Source: an uncultured Candidatus Saccharibacteria bacterium
GTDB taxonomy: Bacteria; Patescibacteriota; Minisyncoccia; Phycocordibacterales; CAYSCM01
Length of the DNA stretch: 64,000 bases
Assembly: GCA_964429815.1 (NCBI GenBank)
Contig: CAYSCM010000001.1
Location: 164,240-228,239, forward strand
Direction: 5' to 3'
Positions 46,205 through 56,106 of the stretch are shown here, in pieces. Numbering within the stretch: the stretch's first letter is position 1; the number at the start of each line of letters is the position of its first letter. A model generated the notes under the pieces. The model was not told where the DNA came from, searched no databases, and saw nothing but the letters and a program-made list of their open reading frames with translations. The translations under genes and the position numbers were made by a program.

Positions 46205-48895
46205 TTATTTCAAATAGGGCAGTCGCGAAGCGATGATGTCGAGTCGAGAAATCTGTTCAGGGGAGAGATGTTGCGCCTGGGAAAGAAATTTCCCAAATAG
46301 CGAAGGGTCTTTCAAAATCCCGGCATAGTTTATGGTGCCGCCGATATTGGCACCTTGGTTGATGCCCTTCAAAACTTCCTCTGGCTTCAATCCCCACCTT
46401 GCGAGCTGTTCGAAGTTGCCGCTATCGAGAGCTCCTTTCACCGTCTTGCTTAGACCGTCCGCGATGTACATACGCTGGCCGGGAGAGAGGTCGAGACTAT
46501 CGAGATCGGGATGCCCATGCATCGTTTTTGCGAGCGTACTCCAAAGACTGTCTCCTCGCTCGATGGTAACTCCTCCATAGATCGGATTTTCTGGAGCCGC
46601 AGGAACCTCGCCAGGGTGGGCCGGTACGCTGGGCGCTTCTGGGTGGTACGGTGGCGTTGGGGGTGATGTATCTGGATTGGCTAATGAGGATTGATCGAGC
46701 TGATGCTGCGCTTCGTTGAAACCTTCGGGAGCCGATGGGGAACCTGGTGCGATCGAACCAACTCCTAGATCGGTCAGTGCCGCCATCGCGCCGGCTCCCC
46801 CTGCAGTGGAAACGGCACGAATTATTTTTTCATTTCGCTCGACACGTGCGGTTCTTCTTTCTATTTCCTTAAGGAGATAGTCCTTCTCGGCGATCGGAGC
46901 GCCCTGGAGAGCGAACTTAAGCTTGGCGATTTCCTGTTTTTCCTTTTCGGCACGATTTTGCCAGGCGCTATAGGAGTGCGCGGCGAATTCTCCCAAAAAT
47001 CTACCACCAGCAGCTCCGAGAAGAGCACGCCCGACCAATATCGCGCCTCCAGTTAGTGATGCTCCGCCGCCAGCCGCAAGTATCGTCGCACCCGCAGCAG
47101 CCTTTGCGTAGCGATTTTGCCTCCCATACCAACTCGCCATCTTTCTAAACGCACCTGCACGTCGCGAAGGTAGAGCGGCAGCGCGTTCCTCGGCAAGTTT
47201 ACGTGACTCTAGAAGTACAAGTTGTTGCACGAGGCGGCCCTCGTAGCGGCGTTTAAATATTTCCTCTGCTTCGGCCGCAGTTCTCCTTCCCGGGCCCCGA
47301 TTTTTCTCAATTTTTTTCCAAAATTGCCACCAGCTTTTGTTTTCCTCCTGTCCTTGTTCGAAGGCCGCCTGGTTTGCGACAGCAGCTTTACGCAGCTTGC
47401 TCTTACGAAAATGTTCGTCAGCTTCCGCTCGGAGCCGCATAAGCATTTCTTGTCGCACGGCTTCGTGTTGATGGCGCGCCGCCGCTAACGTTTCGGGCTC
47501 CCCTCGGCTTCGCAAACCCACAAATTCAAGGGTTTTGCTAAGTCTCCCACGAGAGTTATACCGCACCTCTTCCTGGGCAAGTTTTTTGCGTGCCTGTACG
47601 AGATGCGCCGCTCTCTCCTGGCCAAGGTATCTCTCAAGCAAATCCTCTTCCTTCACGGGGGCTCTTTCTCGAAGTTTTGCACGGGGTTCATCAGGGAGAC
47701 GATCGGTAAGTTCCAAAACGTCTTCCTGTTCGCGTCGCGCCTTCTCCTCCTTTTCAAAATCAGGACGAAATTGTTCTGCGAGAACGAGCGCCTCAGCTTT
47801 CGTTGCTCGAGTATCAGCGTCTTGTGCGCGAAGTTTCTCTCGGGCCGCCTCCGCCGCAGCTCCTGCCTCGGAACTTAGCGGCGAGACTTTTTCAGCTTTG
47901 AGTTTTCGCAGATAGCGCTGGGGCACGGGTACTTCATGCGGAGGTTTTTGCTCCGTGGCGGCGTTAATCCGTACCGTACGGTAAAAATCACTTCGGTTTT
48001 GAAAACGCTGCAGTTCATTTGTGTAAGCCGCGGATGGCGCTACGAATTTGTTTTCAGGGCGCAGCTCTTTTGTGGTTGAGGTCCTTGCCGTGTCTTTCTT
48101 CATAGGTACGGTATCTTCACCTCTCCACTCACCACCAACGTTTACTCGCCGGACCATCTTCGCCCCTCCATCACGTTGACGCCGGTATTCCTGACCTTCC
48201 GGCTCTTTCGCTACCATAGGCGCGTCAATCTGCGCCTCCTCGTGCGTGGTAATGGTTTCAGTACTTTCGGTTGAGACATGGCCGGGTTGGGAATCATCCA
48301 CCTCTACAGCGGGAATTTCGATTTGCGGTTCCTCGTACGTGGTGATGGTGTTGCCACGCCCTATCGTTTCATTTGCTCGGACACGATCCCCAGGAGCAAC
48401 CACGGTAGAGACCTTGGACGGTTTCTTCCCATCGCGTGAGCCGCGTCCGTATCTTTTTTCGAGAACTTCCTTTTGACGACGCACACTTGTTACCCATTGG
48501 TCATGGCCAATGGACTTTTGGATGTCTTTAACCTCGTCCATGTGTCGTCGGTACTTGGTGGCCACTCCTCGCGCGACTCTCCCGAGCTTCCCAAAGCGAT
48601 CCCTCCCTTGAGCGGGCTTCTCTTTGGAAGTCGCTCCAACTTCAAGGTGCTCGGTTTTATCTGACCGTTTCATTTCAACAGTCGGACGAAACCGCAGTGG
48701 CGAGCGCCTAACCGTAGTTCCCTGTTCACTTTTGGGACGCCGGATACCAACGGGGATGGGAGCACCTTTTTGGTTAACCTGGGCCTCTCGATCACCCAGG
48801 GCGTTTTTGGATGGAGAGCTGGTTAGTTTGCGGGCGTTGTTGAGGGGTGACTGACCTTTTTTCCTTGAAGAAGGAAGGTTCTCAATCCTTTTCAT
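46205..48895 (-). CDS. large charged low-complexity protein with one Gly-rich hydrophobic segment
   Basis: 896 aa, Lys/Arg/Glu-rich with coiled-coil character. Predicted TM segment ATILAAGGGASLTGGAILVGRALLGAAGG. Confidence 0.5.
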   Translation of the reverse strand: MKRIENLPSSRKKGQSPLNNARKLTSSPSKNALGDREAQVNQKGAPIPVGIRRPKSEQGTTVRRSPLRFRPTVEMKRSDKTEHLEVGATSKEKPAQGRDRFGKLGRVARGVATKYRRHMDEVKDIQKSIGHDQWVTSVRRQKEVLEKRYGRGSRDGKKPSKVSTVVAPGDRVRANETIGRGNTITTYEEPQIEIPAVEVDDSQPGHVSTESTETITTHEEAQIDAPMVAKEPEGQEYRRQRDGGAKMVRRVNVGGEWRGEDTVPMKKDTARTSTTKELRPENKFVAPSAAYTNELQRFQNRSDFYRTVRINAATEQKPPHEVPVPQRYLRKLKAEKVSPLSSEAGAAAEAAREKLRAQDADTRATKAEALVLAEQFRPDFEKEEKARREQEDVLELTDRLPDEPRAKLRERAPVKEEDLLERYLGQERAAHLVQARKKLAQEEVRYNSRGRLSKTLEFVGLRSRGEPETLAAARHQHEAVRQEMLMRLRAEADEHFRKSKLRKAAVANQAAFEQGQEENKSWWQFWKKIEKNRGPGRRTAAEAEEIFKRRYEGRLVQQLVLLESRKLAEERAAALPSRRAGAFRKMASWYGRQNRYAKAAAGATILAAGGGASLTGGAILVGRALLGAAGGRFLGEFAAHSYSAWQNRAEKEKQEIAKLKFALQGAPIAEKDYLLKEIERRTARVERNEKIIRAVSTAGGAGAMAALTDLGVGSIAPGSPSAPEGFNEAQHQLDQSSLANPDTSPPTPPYHPEAPSVPAHPGEVPAAPENPIYGGVTIERGDSLWSTLAKTMHGHPDLDSLDLSPGQRMYIADGLSKTVKGALDSGNFEQLARWGLKPEEVLKGINQGANIGGTINYAGILKDPSLFGKFLSQAQHLSPEQISRLDIIASRLPYLK

Positions 48896-48994
48896 GTCGT
48901 CAGTGTATCAGAAGGGTAAATTTTGTCGGAAAATGAGCCTACGAAAGCCCTTTTTTGACAAAATATTGCTATCCACATGTAGTTTGCATGGCAG

Positions 48995-49022
48995 TTGACG
49001 CGCCTACCCCGGGGGCTATAGT
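48995..49022 (+). promoter_or_regulatory. sigma70-like promoter TTGACG-N16-TATAGT upstream of the M23 peptidase gene
   Basis: Near-consensus hexamers. Leader hairpin ATGGCTC-AACA-GAGCCAT plus T6 at about 49052..49076. Confidence 0.45.
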
Positions 49023-49268
49023 GGGTATATACCGAACGGAAGCTAAATCCATGGCTCAACAGAGCCATTTTTTCTGAAAAGGATCGAAATTCCGCATAAA
49101 AACAGGCCTATAGCTCACGAACGCTCAAAGCTCAGGTCAAAGCTGAAAATATGGCTTAACCGGGCCAAATACCGAGTACTACGCGCACTTTTCCTTTCCG
49201 GGGTTGTCGCTTCCCTTTCCTTTACCCCGATCATTGCAAGCGCCGGCCTTCTCTCAAATCTTAGCGGT

Positions 49269-50186
49269 ATGTTGGGCACATCCGTATCTGCTGCCTCGGC
49301 CACCGCACCGAAGACTTTCTGGAATCTCCAAACCATGCCGCTTCTCCAGGCGGCTCACAATCAGGATCTGACGCTTGCGCGCGGCGGCGGGGACATCACC
49401 ATCGTCGATAATACCTCGCTTCTCCCTGAATCAGGCCCCTCGGGAACACTTGCCGACATAGAGGATGCACAATCGACCGTGATCAGCGTCTACGTCGTAC
49501 GACCAGGCGACACGCTCTCCTCGATAGCCAAACTCTTTGGCGTGACCGCCAACACCATCTTCTGGGCCAACGATCTCAAGAGCATCCGCGACATCCATCC
49601 TGGGGACACCCTCGTCATTCTCCCCATTTCGGGCGTTCGCTACACGGTGAAGAAAGGTGATACGGTCGCCTCCGTCGCTAAAAAATTCAAAGCCGACGCC
49701 GCCGACATTATTTCCTACAACAATCTCGGCGACGGCGGGCTCACGGTGGGTGCGGACATCATCATCCCCGACGGCGAGCTCGCAACTCCGCCAACGCCGG
49801 TAAAAGGGAATCCTTACCGTGGTGGCAGTGGCCCTCTCTACGCGGGTTACTATATTGCACCACTTGCGCACTACATAAAGACGCAGGGCCTCCATGGCTA
49901 CAACGGCGTCGACCTGGCTGCGCCCTACGGCTCCCCTGTTCTTGCCGCAGCGGGTGGCACTGTAATCATCGTCAAAGACTTTGGCTGGAACGGCGGCTAC
50001 GGCAACTACATCGTCATAAGCCATCCAAACGGCACCCAGACGCTCTACGCTCATACGTCCAAAAATATCGTTTCTGTGGGCGAGAGCGTCGTTCAGGGCC
50101 AAGTAATCGGCTACGAGGGAGCGACCGGCAAGGCGACCGGGCCTCATGTCCACTTCGAGATACGCGGTGCGAAAAATCCGTTCTAA
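49269..50186 (+). CDS. M23-family peptidase with two LysM domains
   Basis: LysM YVVRPGDTLSSIAKLF and YTVKKGDTVASVAKKF. M23 HGYNGVDL and HVHFE. The N-terminus probably begins at ATG 49151 (MANRAKYRVLRALFLSGVVASLSFTPIIASA signal peptide) if a single nt near 49157 is removed. Confidence 0.8.
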   Translation: MLGTSVSAASATAPKTFWNLQTMPLLQAAHNQDLTLARGGGDITIVDNTSLLPESGPSGTLADIEDAQSTVISVYVVRPGDTLSSIAKLFGVTANTIFWANDLKSIRDIHPGDTLVILPISGVRYTVKKGDTVASVAKKFKADAADIISYNNLGDGGLTVGADIIIPDGELATPPTPVKGNPYRGGSGPLYAGYYIAPLAHYIKTQGLHGYNGVDLAAPYGSPVLAAAGGTVIIVKDFGWNGGYGNYIVISHPNGTQTLYAHTSKNIVSVGESVVQGQVIGYEGATGKATGPHVHFEIRGAKNPF

Positions 50187-50220
50187 CGAAGCGGTTTCGC
50201 CCGAGCGCGAAGAATCCGCT

Positions 50221-50748
50221 CTAGAGCCGCTCTACGTCGCGAAACTCTTCCTTTCGAGTTTCAAGCTCTTCCGGGGTTTGTTCACCATAACCTTTGATCT
50301 CAAGAAGTCCTTCTGCCACGAGATTGATTGAGGCGGGCAATTTTGACTGAACAAATTCATATACCTGCGGACGTAGTGTATCGATAATTTCTCGTCGCAC
50401 CGAAAGGGGAATGGTCGCCAGGAGGCCTTTTTTGCTGAATGCCCGCATTGGCGGATCGCAGGCAAACACTATGTCGACGTCGCTTTCCTCACTCATTTCC
50501 TTCCCAAAAGCATTTCCGCCAACGACATAGAGAGCTGTCTCCTTGGTGGTGACGCCAGCTGCGGCCTCAGCGATGGTTTTAAAAAGTTCTACTACCTCTG
50601 TGCGCTGCTCAGTCAGTACGGTAAGTACAGCTTCGAGAGTCTTTTTTCGTTCCGAAATTTTTGTTGGATCGGAATCGGCCACAGCTTCTCGAGCTTGCAT
50701 TCTTTCGATAAGCGACGGAGAGGGTTTTTGTGGAAAAGATTCTTTCAT
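50221..50748 (-). CDS. minimal nucleotidyltransferase (Pol-beta superfamily) domain protein
   Basis: GGNAFGKEMSEESDVDIVF matches the GS-x(n)-DxD nucleotidyltransferase motif. Confidence 0.5.
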   Translation of the reverse strand: MKESFPQKPSPSLIERMQAREAVADSDPTKISERKKTLEAVLTVLTEQRTEVVELFKTIAEAAAGVTTKETALYVVGGNAFGKEMSEESDVDIVFACDPPMRAFSKKGLLATIPLSVRREIIDTLRPQVYEFVQSKLPASINLVAEGLLEIKGYGEQTPEELETRKEEFRDVERL

Positions 50749-52319
50749 TGGATGTTTTGTTTAGGGCGGTACCGCAGTGCTTCAAGCACGTGCACATCGG
50801 CAACCTCATCAGCGCCCTCGACATCCGCGATCGTGCGGGCGATTTTTATGACACGGTGGTAGGCGCGAGGTGAAAGATCCAGCTTTTGTGCCGATTCATT
50901 GAGAAGTCCTCGGACATTCGGCGCAAGTTCGGCGAATTCCTCTAGATCTTTCACGCCCATGTCGCTGTTTTTCGAAATAGCCCTGCCCGCAAAACGCTCA
51001 CGCTGACGCTCTCGAGCTTCCGCGACGATCCTCTGCGCTCGCGTCGTTTCGCCCTCGGAGCCGCGCTTTCCCGAAAGTTTTTCGTGGTCGATATGAGGCA
51101 CCTCTATCCAGAGGTCAACGCGATCGATGATGGGGCCGGAAATTTTTCTGCGATAGCGCGAGAGCGCGACTGGCGTGCACAGGCAGGGCTTCCCTGAGCC
51201 GAAATTGCCGCACGGGCAGGGATTCATCGCGGCGATAAGAGTGAAGTTCGCCGGAAAACGGGCGGAGCCTTTCGCGCGGGAGATGGAAACGACACGGTCT
51301 TCGAGCGGCTGGCGCAGGGCGTCGATGACGCGCCGGTCGAATTCGGGAAACTCGTCCATGAAAAGCACGCCGCGATGGGCGAGCGTTATCTCGCCGGGTT
51401 TAGGGAACGCGCCGCCGCCCACAAGCGACACGTAGGAGGCGGTGTGATGGGGCGAGCGAAGCGGTGGCATCGTGAGAGGTTCTCCGGATAGCGTACCGGC
51501 AACCGAGTGAATGCCGGTCACCTCGAGCACTTCCGCCGAGGAGAGCGGCGGCAGGAGGCTGACGAACGCTTTGGCGAGCATGGATTTGCCGGTCCCCGGC
51601 GGACCGTAGAGGACGACATTGTGCCCGCCCGCAGCTGCAATGATGAGCGCGCGCTTGCCGCTTTCCTGTCCGCGAATGTCTTCAAGGGCGACGAGCGGTT
51701 CTTCATTCTTCACGTCGATCGGAGTCAGTGGAGCTGGTTGTATGCGAAATGTGCTCACGTTCCCGGATCTTTCCCCCGTAAGATGTTCGATGAGTTTACC
51801 GAGGGTTTCAAGAGGGTATACTGAAATGCCTTCGATGAGAGCGGCTTCCTCGACGTTCTCTCGAGGAACATAGAGCTCCTTGATTCCCCCCTCGCGCGCA
51901 GCACGCGCCGCGGAGAGGATTCCAGTAATTTTACGTATCGAGCCGTCAAGACCAAGCTCACCCAAAAACAGCTTTCCCGTCGGATCGAACGTTATCTCGT
52001 CAGCCGCGAGGAGATAAGAAAGTGCGATCGGTACGTCAAACGCGGGCCCCTCTTTTTTGAGATCGGCCGGTGCGAGGGATATCGTTATCTTATGGTTTTT
52101 TGATTTTGGGGAGACGAACCCCGAATTTTTTATCGCCGCCGAAACGCGGTCCCGCGACTCCTCAACGGCTTTATCCGGGAGGCCGACGATAGTGAACGAG
52201 TGGAGACCGCGCGCGATGTCAGCTTCGACCGAGAGCAGACACGCGCCCAGAAGTTGTGGCTGGGCACTCCCGACTTTTGCGAACGACATGGAAATCAGGC
52301 GTTCATGTGCTTTATGCAC
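50745..52319 (-). CDS. comM: Mg-chelatase-like AAA+ ATPase ComM/YifB
   Basis: Lon-like N-terminus. AAA+ GPPGTGKSM. C-terminal Mg-chelatase domain. Confidence 0.85.
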   Translation of the reverse strand: MHKAHERLISMSFAKVGSAQPQLLGACLLSVEADIARGLHSFTIVGLPDKAVEESRDRVSAAIKNSGFVSPKSKNHKITISLAPADLKKEGPAFDVPIALSYLLAADEITFDPTGKLFLGELGLDGSIRKITGILSAARAAREGGIKELYVPRENVEEAALIEGISVYPLETLGKLIEHLTGERSGNVSTFRIQPAPLTPIDVKNEEPLVALEDIRGQESGKRALIIAAAGGHNVVLYGPPGTGKSMLAKAFVSLLPPLSSAEVLEVTGIHSVAGTLSGEPLTMPPLRSPHHTASYVSLVGGGAFPKPGEITLAHRGVLFMDEFPEFDRRVIDALRQPLEDRVVSISRAKGSARFPANFTLIAAMNPCPCGNFGSGKPCLCTPVALSRYRRKISGPIIDRVDLWIEVPHIDHEKLSGKRGSEGETTRAQRIVAEARERQRERFAGRAISKNSDMGVKDLEEFAELAPNVRGLLNESAQKLDLSPRAYHRVIKIARTIADVEGADEVADVHVLEALRYRPKQNIQ

Positions 52320-52666
52320 GTTTGCGCCGCCGGGTCGGCATCGAGGCGCTTCTCTTCGATGGGCTCTCCGGATATTTTGCAGATGCCGTAGGTACTCTGC
52401 TCAATGCGAGCGAGTGCGTCTTTTACCTCGTTGTAGCGCGTCTCGAGCTCCTTGAGAATGGCGGAATTTTCTTCGTAGCCCTCGATGCGGTCCGCCGCTT
52501 CGTTGGTATCGGCTTCGACGTCCTCCGCGAGCGGGGCGGTCGCCTCCCAGTCGGCCGGATTCTGAGGATTCTTTCGCCCGACGCCCCGGAGCTCCTCTTC
52601 GAGCTCAGTGAGCTCTTCCTCGAGACGGCTTTTGTATTTTTTCACGTCGATCATGTGCGCCATCAT
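52295..52666 (-). CDS. DksA/TraR-family C4 zinc-finger protein
   Basis: Coiled-coil followed by CKISGEPIEEKRLDADPAAQTC. Confidence 0.6.
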   Translation of the reverse strand: MMAHMIDVKKYKSRLEEELTELEEELRGVGRKNPQNPADWEATAPLAEDVEADTNEAADRIEGYEENSAILKELETRYNEVKDALARIEQSTYGICKISGEPIEEKRLDADPAAQTCIKHMNA

Positions 52667-52692
52667 ACCAAGAGGGCGCGGGCACGCAAACG

Positions 52693-53748
52693 CTAAAGGC
52701 GTTTGCTTTGGAGTCGAGTGAGCACCTCGGCGAAGGTGTTTTCGTTGGTCGTGATGACAAGCGTGTTTCTGTCGACGAACGAATACACGAGACGCATCTT
52801 TCCGGTCTCGTCATAAAGCGCCCGCGCGTCGTGGTTTTTTATGATTTTATCGACGAAGGCGGGATTGAACGCCGGCGTCGTCGTGCCGCTTGCGGGGTGT
52901 GAAAGGAGTTGCGGCCCGAAAAAGCCGAAAAAGTCGTTGAGAATATTTCTCTCGAATGCGAGCATTCCTGAAAATGCCCCCTCATAGTTGTCGGTTTCAA
53001 GAATGAGGAACCCCTGATTGCCGTCGAAGACATGAACCCCGAGCATAAACGGTGCGGAAAGCGTTCGTGTAAGCTCTTGCGGCGCAGAGGTGCCGAGGAG
53101 TTTTAGAAAGCTTTGCGCGTCGATAAGTTTTTTAGTCGCATCTTCCCCCTGCGTGAAGTGGATGTCCTCAACGCTCCCGAGCCGCAAAGTGACACTATCC
53201 CTCTCAGCAACGAGACGCTGTCCGAGATTTCTTCCGAAGAGCCCCATGACGGGGATTTCGGCTTGCTTGTCGACGAATATGAGCGGCGTATAGACGAAAC
53301 CCTCTGGCGCTGAGGAAGGAAGCGACGAGAAGTAGAGCCCGATACCTATCGAAAGTCCGACGACGACGAGCACCGTCGCCACGGTAACGGTAATGCGCCT
53401 GACACGAGTATCGTGAATTTCCCGTTTCATCTCGTCGCTCAAGACCTCGGCTTCTTTGGCGCTGTGCGTGCGTTTTTCCTGCTCTGCGGCGGCGACCTGC
53501 ACGGTCGATATATGCTCGGTTTTGATGATCTCAGCGAGATCATCTTTGAAGGTGCGCAATCGCGGGATGGAACCCTCCTCGGAGGGCGTCTGCATGCGGG
53601 CCGACGTTGGTATAGATGGTCCGTTCATCGGTCCACCTGTCGGGTTTTTGAGATCGGCACTACTAAATCGCCGCTCGAATTCGCTGCTGAGCGCTGACTT
53701 TATCTTTTCATTTTCTCCCTGGGGAGATTCTTTAATGTCGTCGGCCAT
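52693..53748 (-). CDS. hypothetical single-pass membrane protein
   Basis: 351 aa. TM segment ITVTVATVLVVVGLSIGIGLYF. Confidence 0.45.
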   Translation of the reverse strand: MADDIKESPQGENEKIKSALSSEFERRFSSADLKNPTGGPMNGPSIPTSARMQTPSEEGSIPRLRTFKDDLAEIIKTEHISTVQVAAAEQEKRTHSAKEAEVLSDEMKREIHDTRVRRITVTVATVLVVVGLSIGIGLYFSSLPSSAPEGFVYTPLIFVDKQAEIPVMGLFGRNLGQRLVAERDSVTLRLGSVEDIHFTQGEDATKKLIDAQSFLKLLGTSAPQELTRTLSAPFMLGVHVFDGNQGFLILETDNYEGAFSGMLAFERNILNDFFGFFGPQLLSHPASGTTTPAFNPAFVDKIIKNHDARALYDETGKMRLVYSFVDRNTLVITTNENTFAEVLTRLQSKRL

Positions 53749-55918
53749 TGCCGTGTGTGGGTGGGCGCGGTGAAGTGTCGGGCTCGACTCCTTTGCGCGA
53801 GGCGAACTCCGGGTCTACGTCTTTGATCGAAAGGTTGATGCGCCCCTCCCTGTCGATCTCTCGTATGACGACTGGCACTTTCTCGCCAAGCGAGAGCGCC
53901 TGCTCGACGCGGCCGATGCGGAAGGGCGCGATCTCCGAAATGTGGACGAGTCCCTCGGCCGAATCATTGAGCCTCACGAAGGCCCCAAATGTCGCGATGC
54001 GCGACACGGTGCCTTCGAAGCGCTCCCCGGCTACGTACTGCCGGGTCATATCGACAATGATAGCAGCAGCCTTGTTTGCCGTCCCGTTTTTTCCGGTGAT
54101 AAATACCGAGCCGTCGTCCTCGATGTCGATTTCTTCGACACCGGTCTTTTCCTTGATGGCCTTGATGACTTTTCCAGCCGGCCCGATGATGGAGCCGATT
54201 TGATCGGGGCGGATCTTGAGCGCGACTATCTTCGGCGCATTCGGCGAAATATCCGGCCGCGGCGCGGCGATGGCGCGCTCGATGACGTCAAGAATTTCCA
54301 TGCGCGCGGTCCTAGCCTGCGCGAGCGCTTCAGAGAGAATCCGCACCGGTATCGCACCTACCTTGATGTCGAGTTGGATGGCCGTGACGCCGCGGCGCGT
54401 GCCGGCCACCTTGAAGTCCATGTCTCCATACTCGTCCTCCGGACCCTGAATATCGGTGAGAATTTTGTACGCTCCGTCCGTGTGGTGCTTCGGCGAGAGC
54501 ATGAGTCCCATGGCGATGCCAGCAACGGGCGCTTTAATGGGCACTCCGCCATCCATGAGCGCGAGCGTGGAGGCGCAAACTGAACCCATGGACGTAGAGC
54601 CGTTGCTGGCAAGGCATTCGGAGACGAGGCGTATGGTGTAGGGAAACGTCTCCTTGGGCGGAATGACGGCTTCGAGCGCTTTTTCCGCGAGAGCGCCGTG
54701 TCCGACCGCGCGGCGATTCGCGCCTCCAACACGGCCTGTCTCGCCCGGCGCGAACGGAGGAAAGTTGTAATGGTGCATGAAGCGCTTCTGTGCCTCGCGC
54801 GCTTCCATGGAGTCGATTATCTGAGAGTCCTGCGGACCGCCGAGGGTGAGGGTCGAGAATACGTGCGTGCCGCCGCGATAGAAGATTCCCGAACCATGGA
54901 GCATGGGCGAAAAGTCTCCAGCCTGCGCGAAGAGTTGGCGCAGCTGCCCCATACCCCTCCCGTCGGCACGCGCGGTGCGCTTCACCGCTCCCTCGTGGAT
55001 GGCAAGGTCGACGCCATCATCGAAGAGGCTTGAAGCTTGTCTAATGTTCGCATCGGGAAGTTTCTCCGTGAGCGCCGCCTTCCACTCATCCTTAAGTGCG
55101 TAAATTTTTTCCTTACTTGCGGAGTTGGAGAAGACGGCCTTTTCCATCCTCGGCGCAATGAGCTCGTCGTAGAGCGCCCGCACGTCGACTGGAATCTCGG
55201 ACTTTGCGAACGCACGCTTTTCCTGCCCAAGCTCGGTACGAAGTTTCTGTTGGAATTCCTGCAGCTTCTCGATTTCTTCCGATGCGCGAGTGAGGGCGGC
55301 GATGAGCACCTCCTCCGACACCTCTTGCGCACTGACCTCGATCATATTAATAGCGGCATCCTTGCCGCAGGCGAGGAGGTCGAGCTCATAGTCCCCGTGA
55401 GCGCGGCTCGCATACGAAGGATTCACTTCGAAGCTGTCACTGCCGTGCTTTTTCCCGATGCGTACCGCGCTCGCCGGTCCACTCCAGGGTATATCACTGG
55501 TGTGGAGCGCGACCGAGGCGGCGTTGATGGCCATGACGTCCGGATCGTCCTCGTCGATGGAGAGAACGGTAATGATGGCCTGCACCTCATTTCTGATGTG
55601 ATGATCGAAGAGAGGCCTAATGGTGCGATCGACGACACGCCCGGAAAGGATCGCCTCCTCAGAAGGCTTCCCTTCGCGGCGTACGAAACGCGAGCCAAGA
55701 ATTTGCCCGGCAGCATAAAAGCGCTCTTCGAAATCGACCGTGAGCGGAAAATGGTCGATATCGTCGCGTGTCTTCTCCGACAGTACTGCCGTCGCGAGCA
55801 CCACAGTGTTGCCGTAGCGTACAAGGACCGAGCCGTTGGCATTCTCGGCGAGGTCCGAGAAGGTGAAAGTCATGGGTTTCCCGCCTACGGCAAGCGAGTA
55901 TTCTTTTTTCTGCATCAA
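53732..55918 (-). CDS. pnp: polyribonucleotide nucleotidyltransferase (PNPase)
   Basis: Two RNase PH domains plus KH and S1. 728 aa. Confidence 0.9.
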   Translation of the reverse strand: MMQKKEYSLAVGGKPMTFTFSDLAENANGSVLVRYGNTVVLATAVLSEKTRDDIDHFPLTVDFEERFYAAGQILGSRFVRREGKPSEEAILSGRVVDRTIRPLFDHHIRNEVQAIITVLSIDEDDPDVMAINAASVALHTSDIPWSGPASAVRIGKKHGSDSFEVNPSYASRAHGDYELDLLACGKDAAINMIEVSAQEVSEEVLIAALTRASEEIEKLQEFQQKLRTELGQEKRAFAKSEIPVDVRALYDELIAPRMEKAVFSNSASKEKIYALKDEWKAALTEKLPDANIRQASSLFDDGVDLAIHEGAVKRTARADGRGMGQLRQLFAQAGDFSPMLHGSGIFYRGGTHVFSTLTLGGPQDSQIIDSMEAREAQKRFMHHYNFPPFAPGETGRVGGANRRAVGHGALAEKALEAVIPPKETFPYTIRLVSECLASNGSTSMGSVCASTLALMDGGVPIKAPVAGIAMGLMLSPKHHTDGAYKILTDIQGPEDEYGDMDFKVAGTRRGVTAIQLDIKVGAIPVRILSEALAQARTARMEILDVIERAIAAPRPDISPNAPKIVALKIRPDQIGSIIGPAGKVIKAIKEKTGVEEIDIEDDGSVFITGKNGTANKAAAIIVDMTRQYVAGERFEGTVSRIATFGAFVRLNDSAEGLVHISEIAPFRIGRVEQALSLGEKVPVVIREIDREGRINLSIKDVDPEFASRKGVEPDTSPRPPTHGNGRRH

Positions 55919-55942
55919 AGGAGTGACCTTCGGATTCCAGAA

Positions 55943-55958
55943 TTGAACCGCGGTTCAA
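55943..55958. promoter_or_regulatory. 16-bp perfect palindrome TTGAACCGCGGTTCAA (GAAC-N4-GTTC, Cheo/LexA-box-like) upstream of pnp
   Basis: About 25 nt upstream of the pnp ATG. A related GTGAACGGCACGTTCAC lies at about 61035..61051. Confidence 0.4.
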
Positions 55959-56106
55959 TGCTGTCTATCCAAAGGCCACGGTTACGAGTAATGATCCAAC
56001 AATAACAAAATGGCAAAAAAAGAAAATTCTCGAAATTGAGGGAGTTGTGGCGATACGTTGTTTTTGGTAATTTCTTTGCAGTTGGTCTCAACGAAGGAGA
56101 AATGTC

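Noticed and set aside
48952-48985. Upstream TTGACA...CTATCCACA as the main peptidase promoter or a DnaA-regulated site
   Set aside because: The downstream TTGACG-N16-TATAGT pair is a better spaced consensus promoter, and the DnaA-like 9-mer has a mismatch. It is kept only as a weak note.
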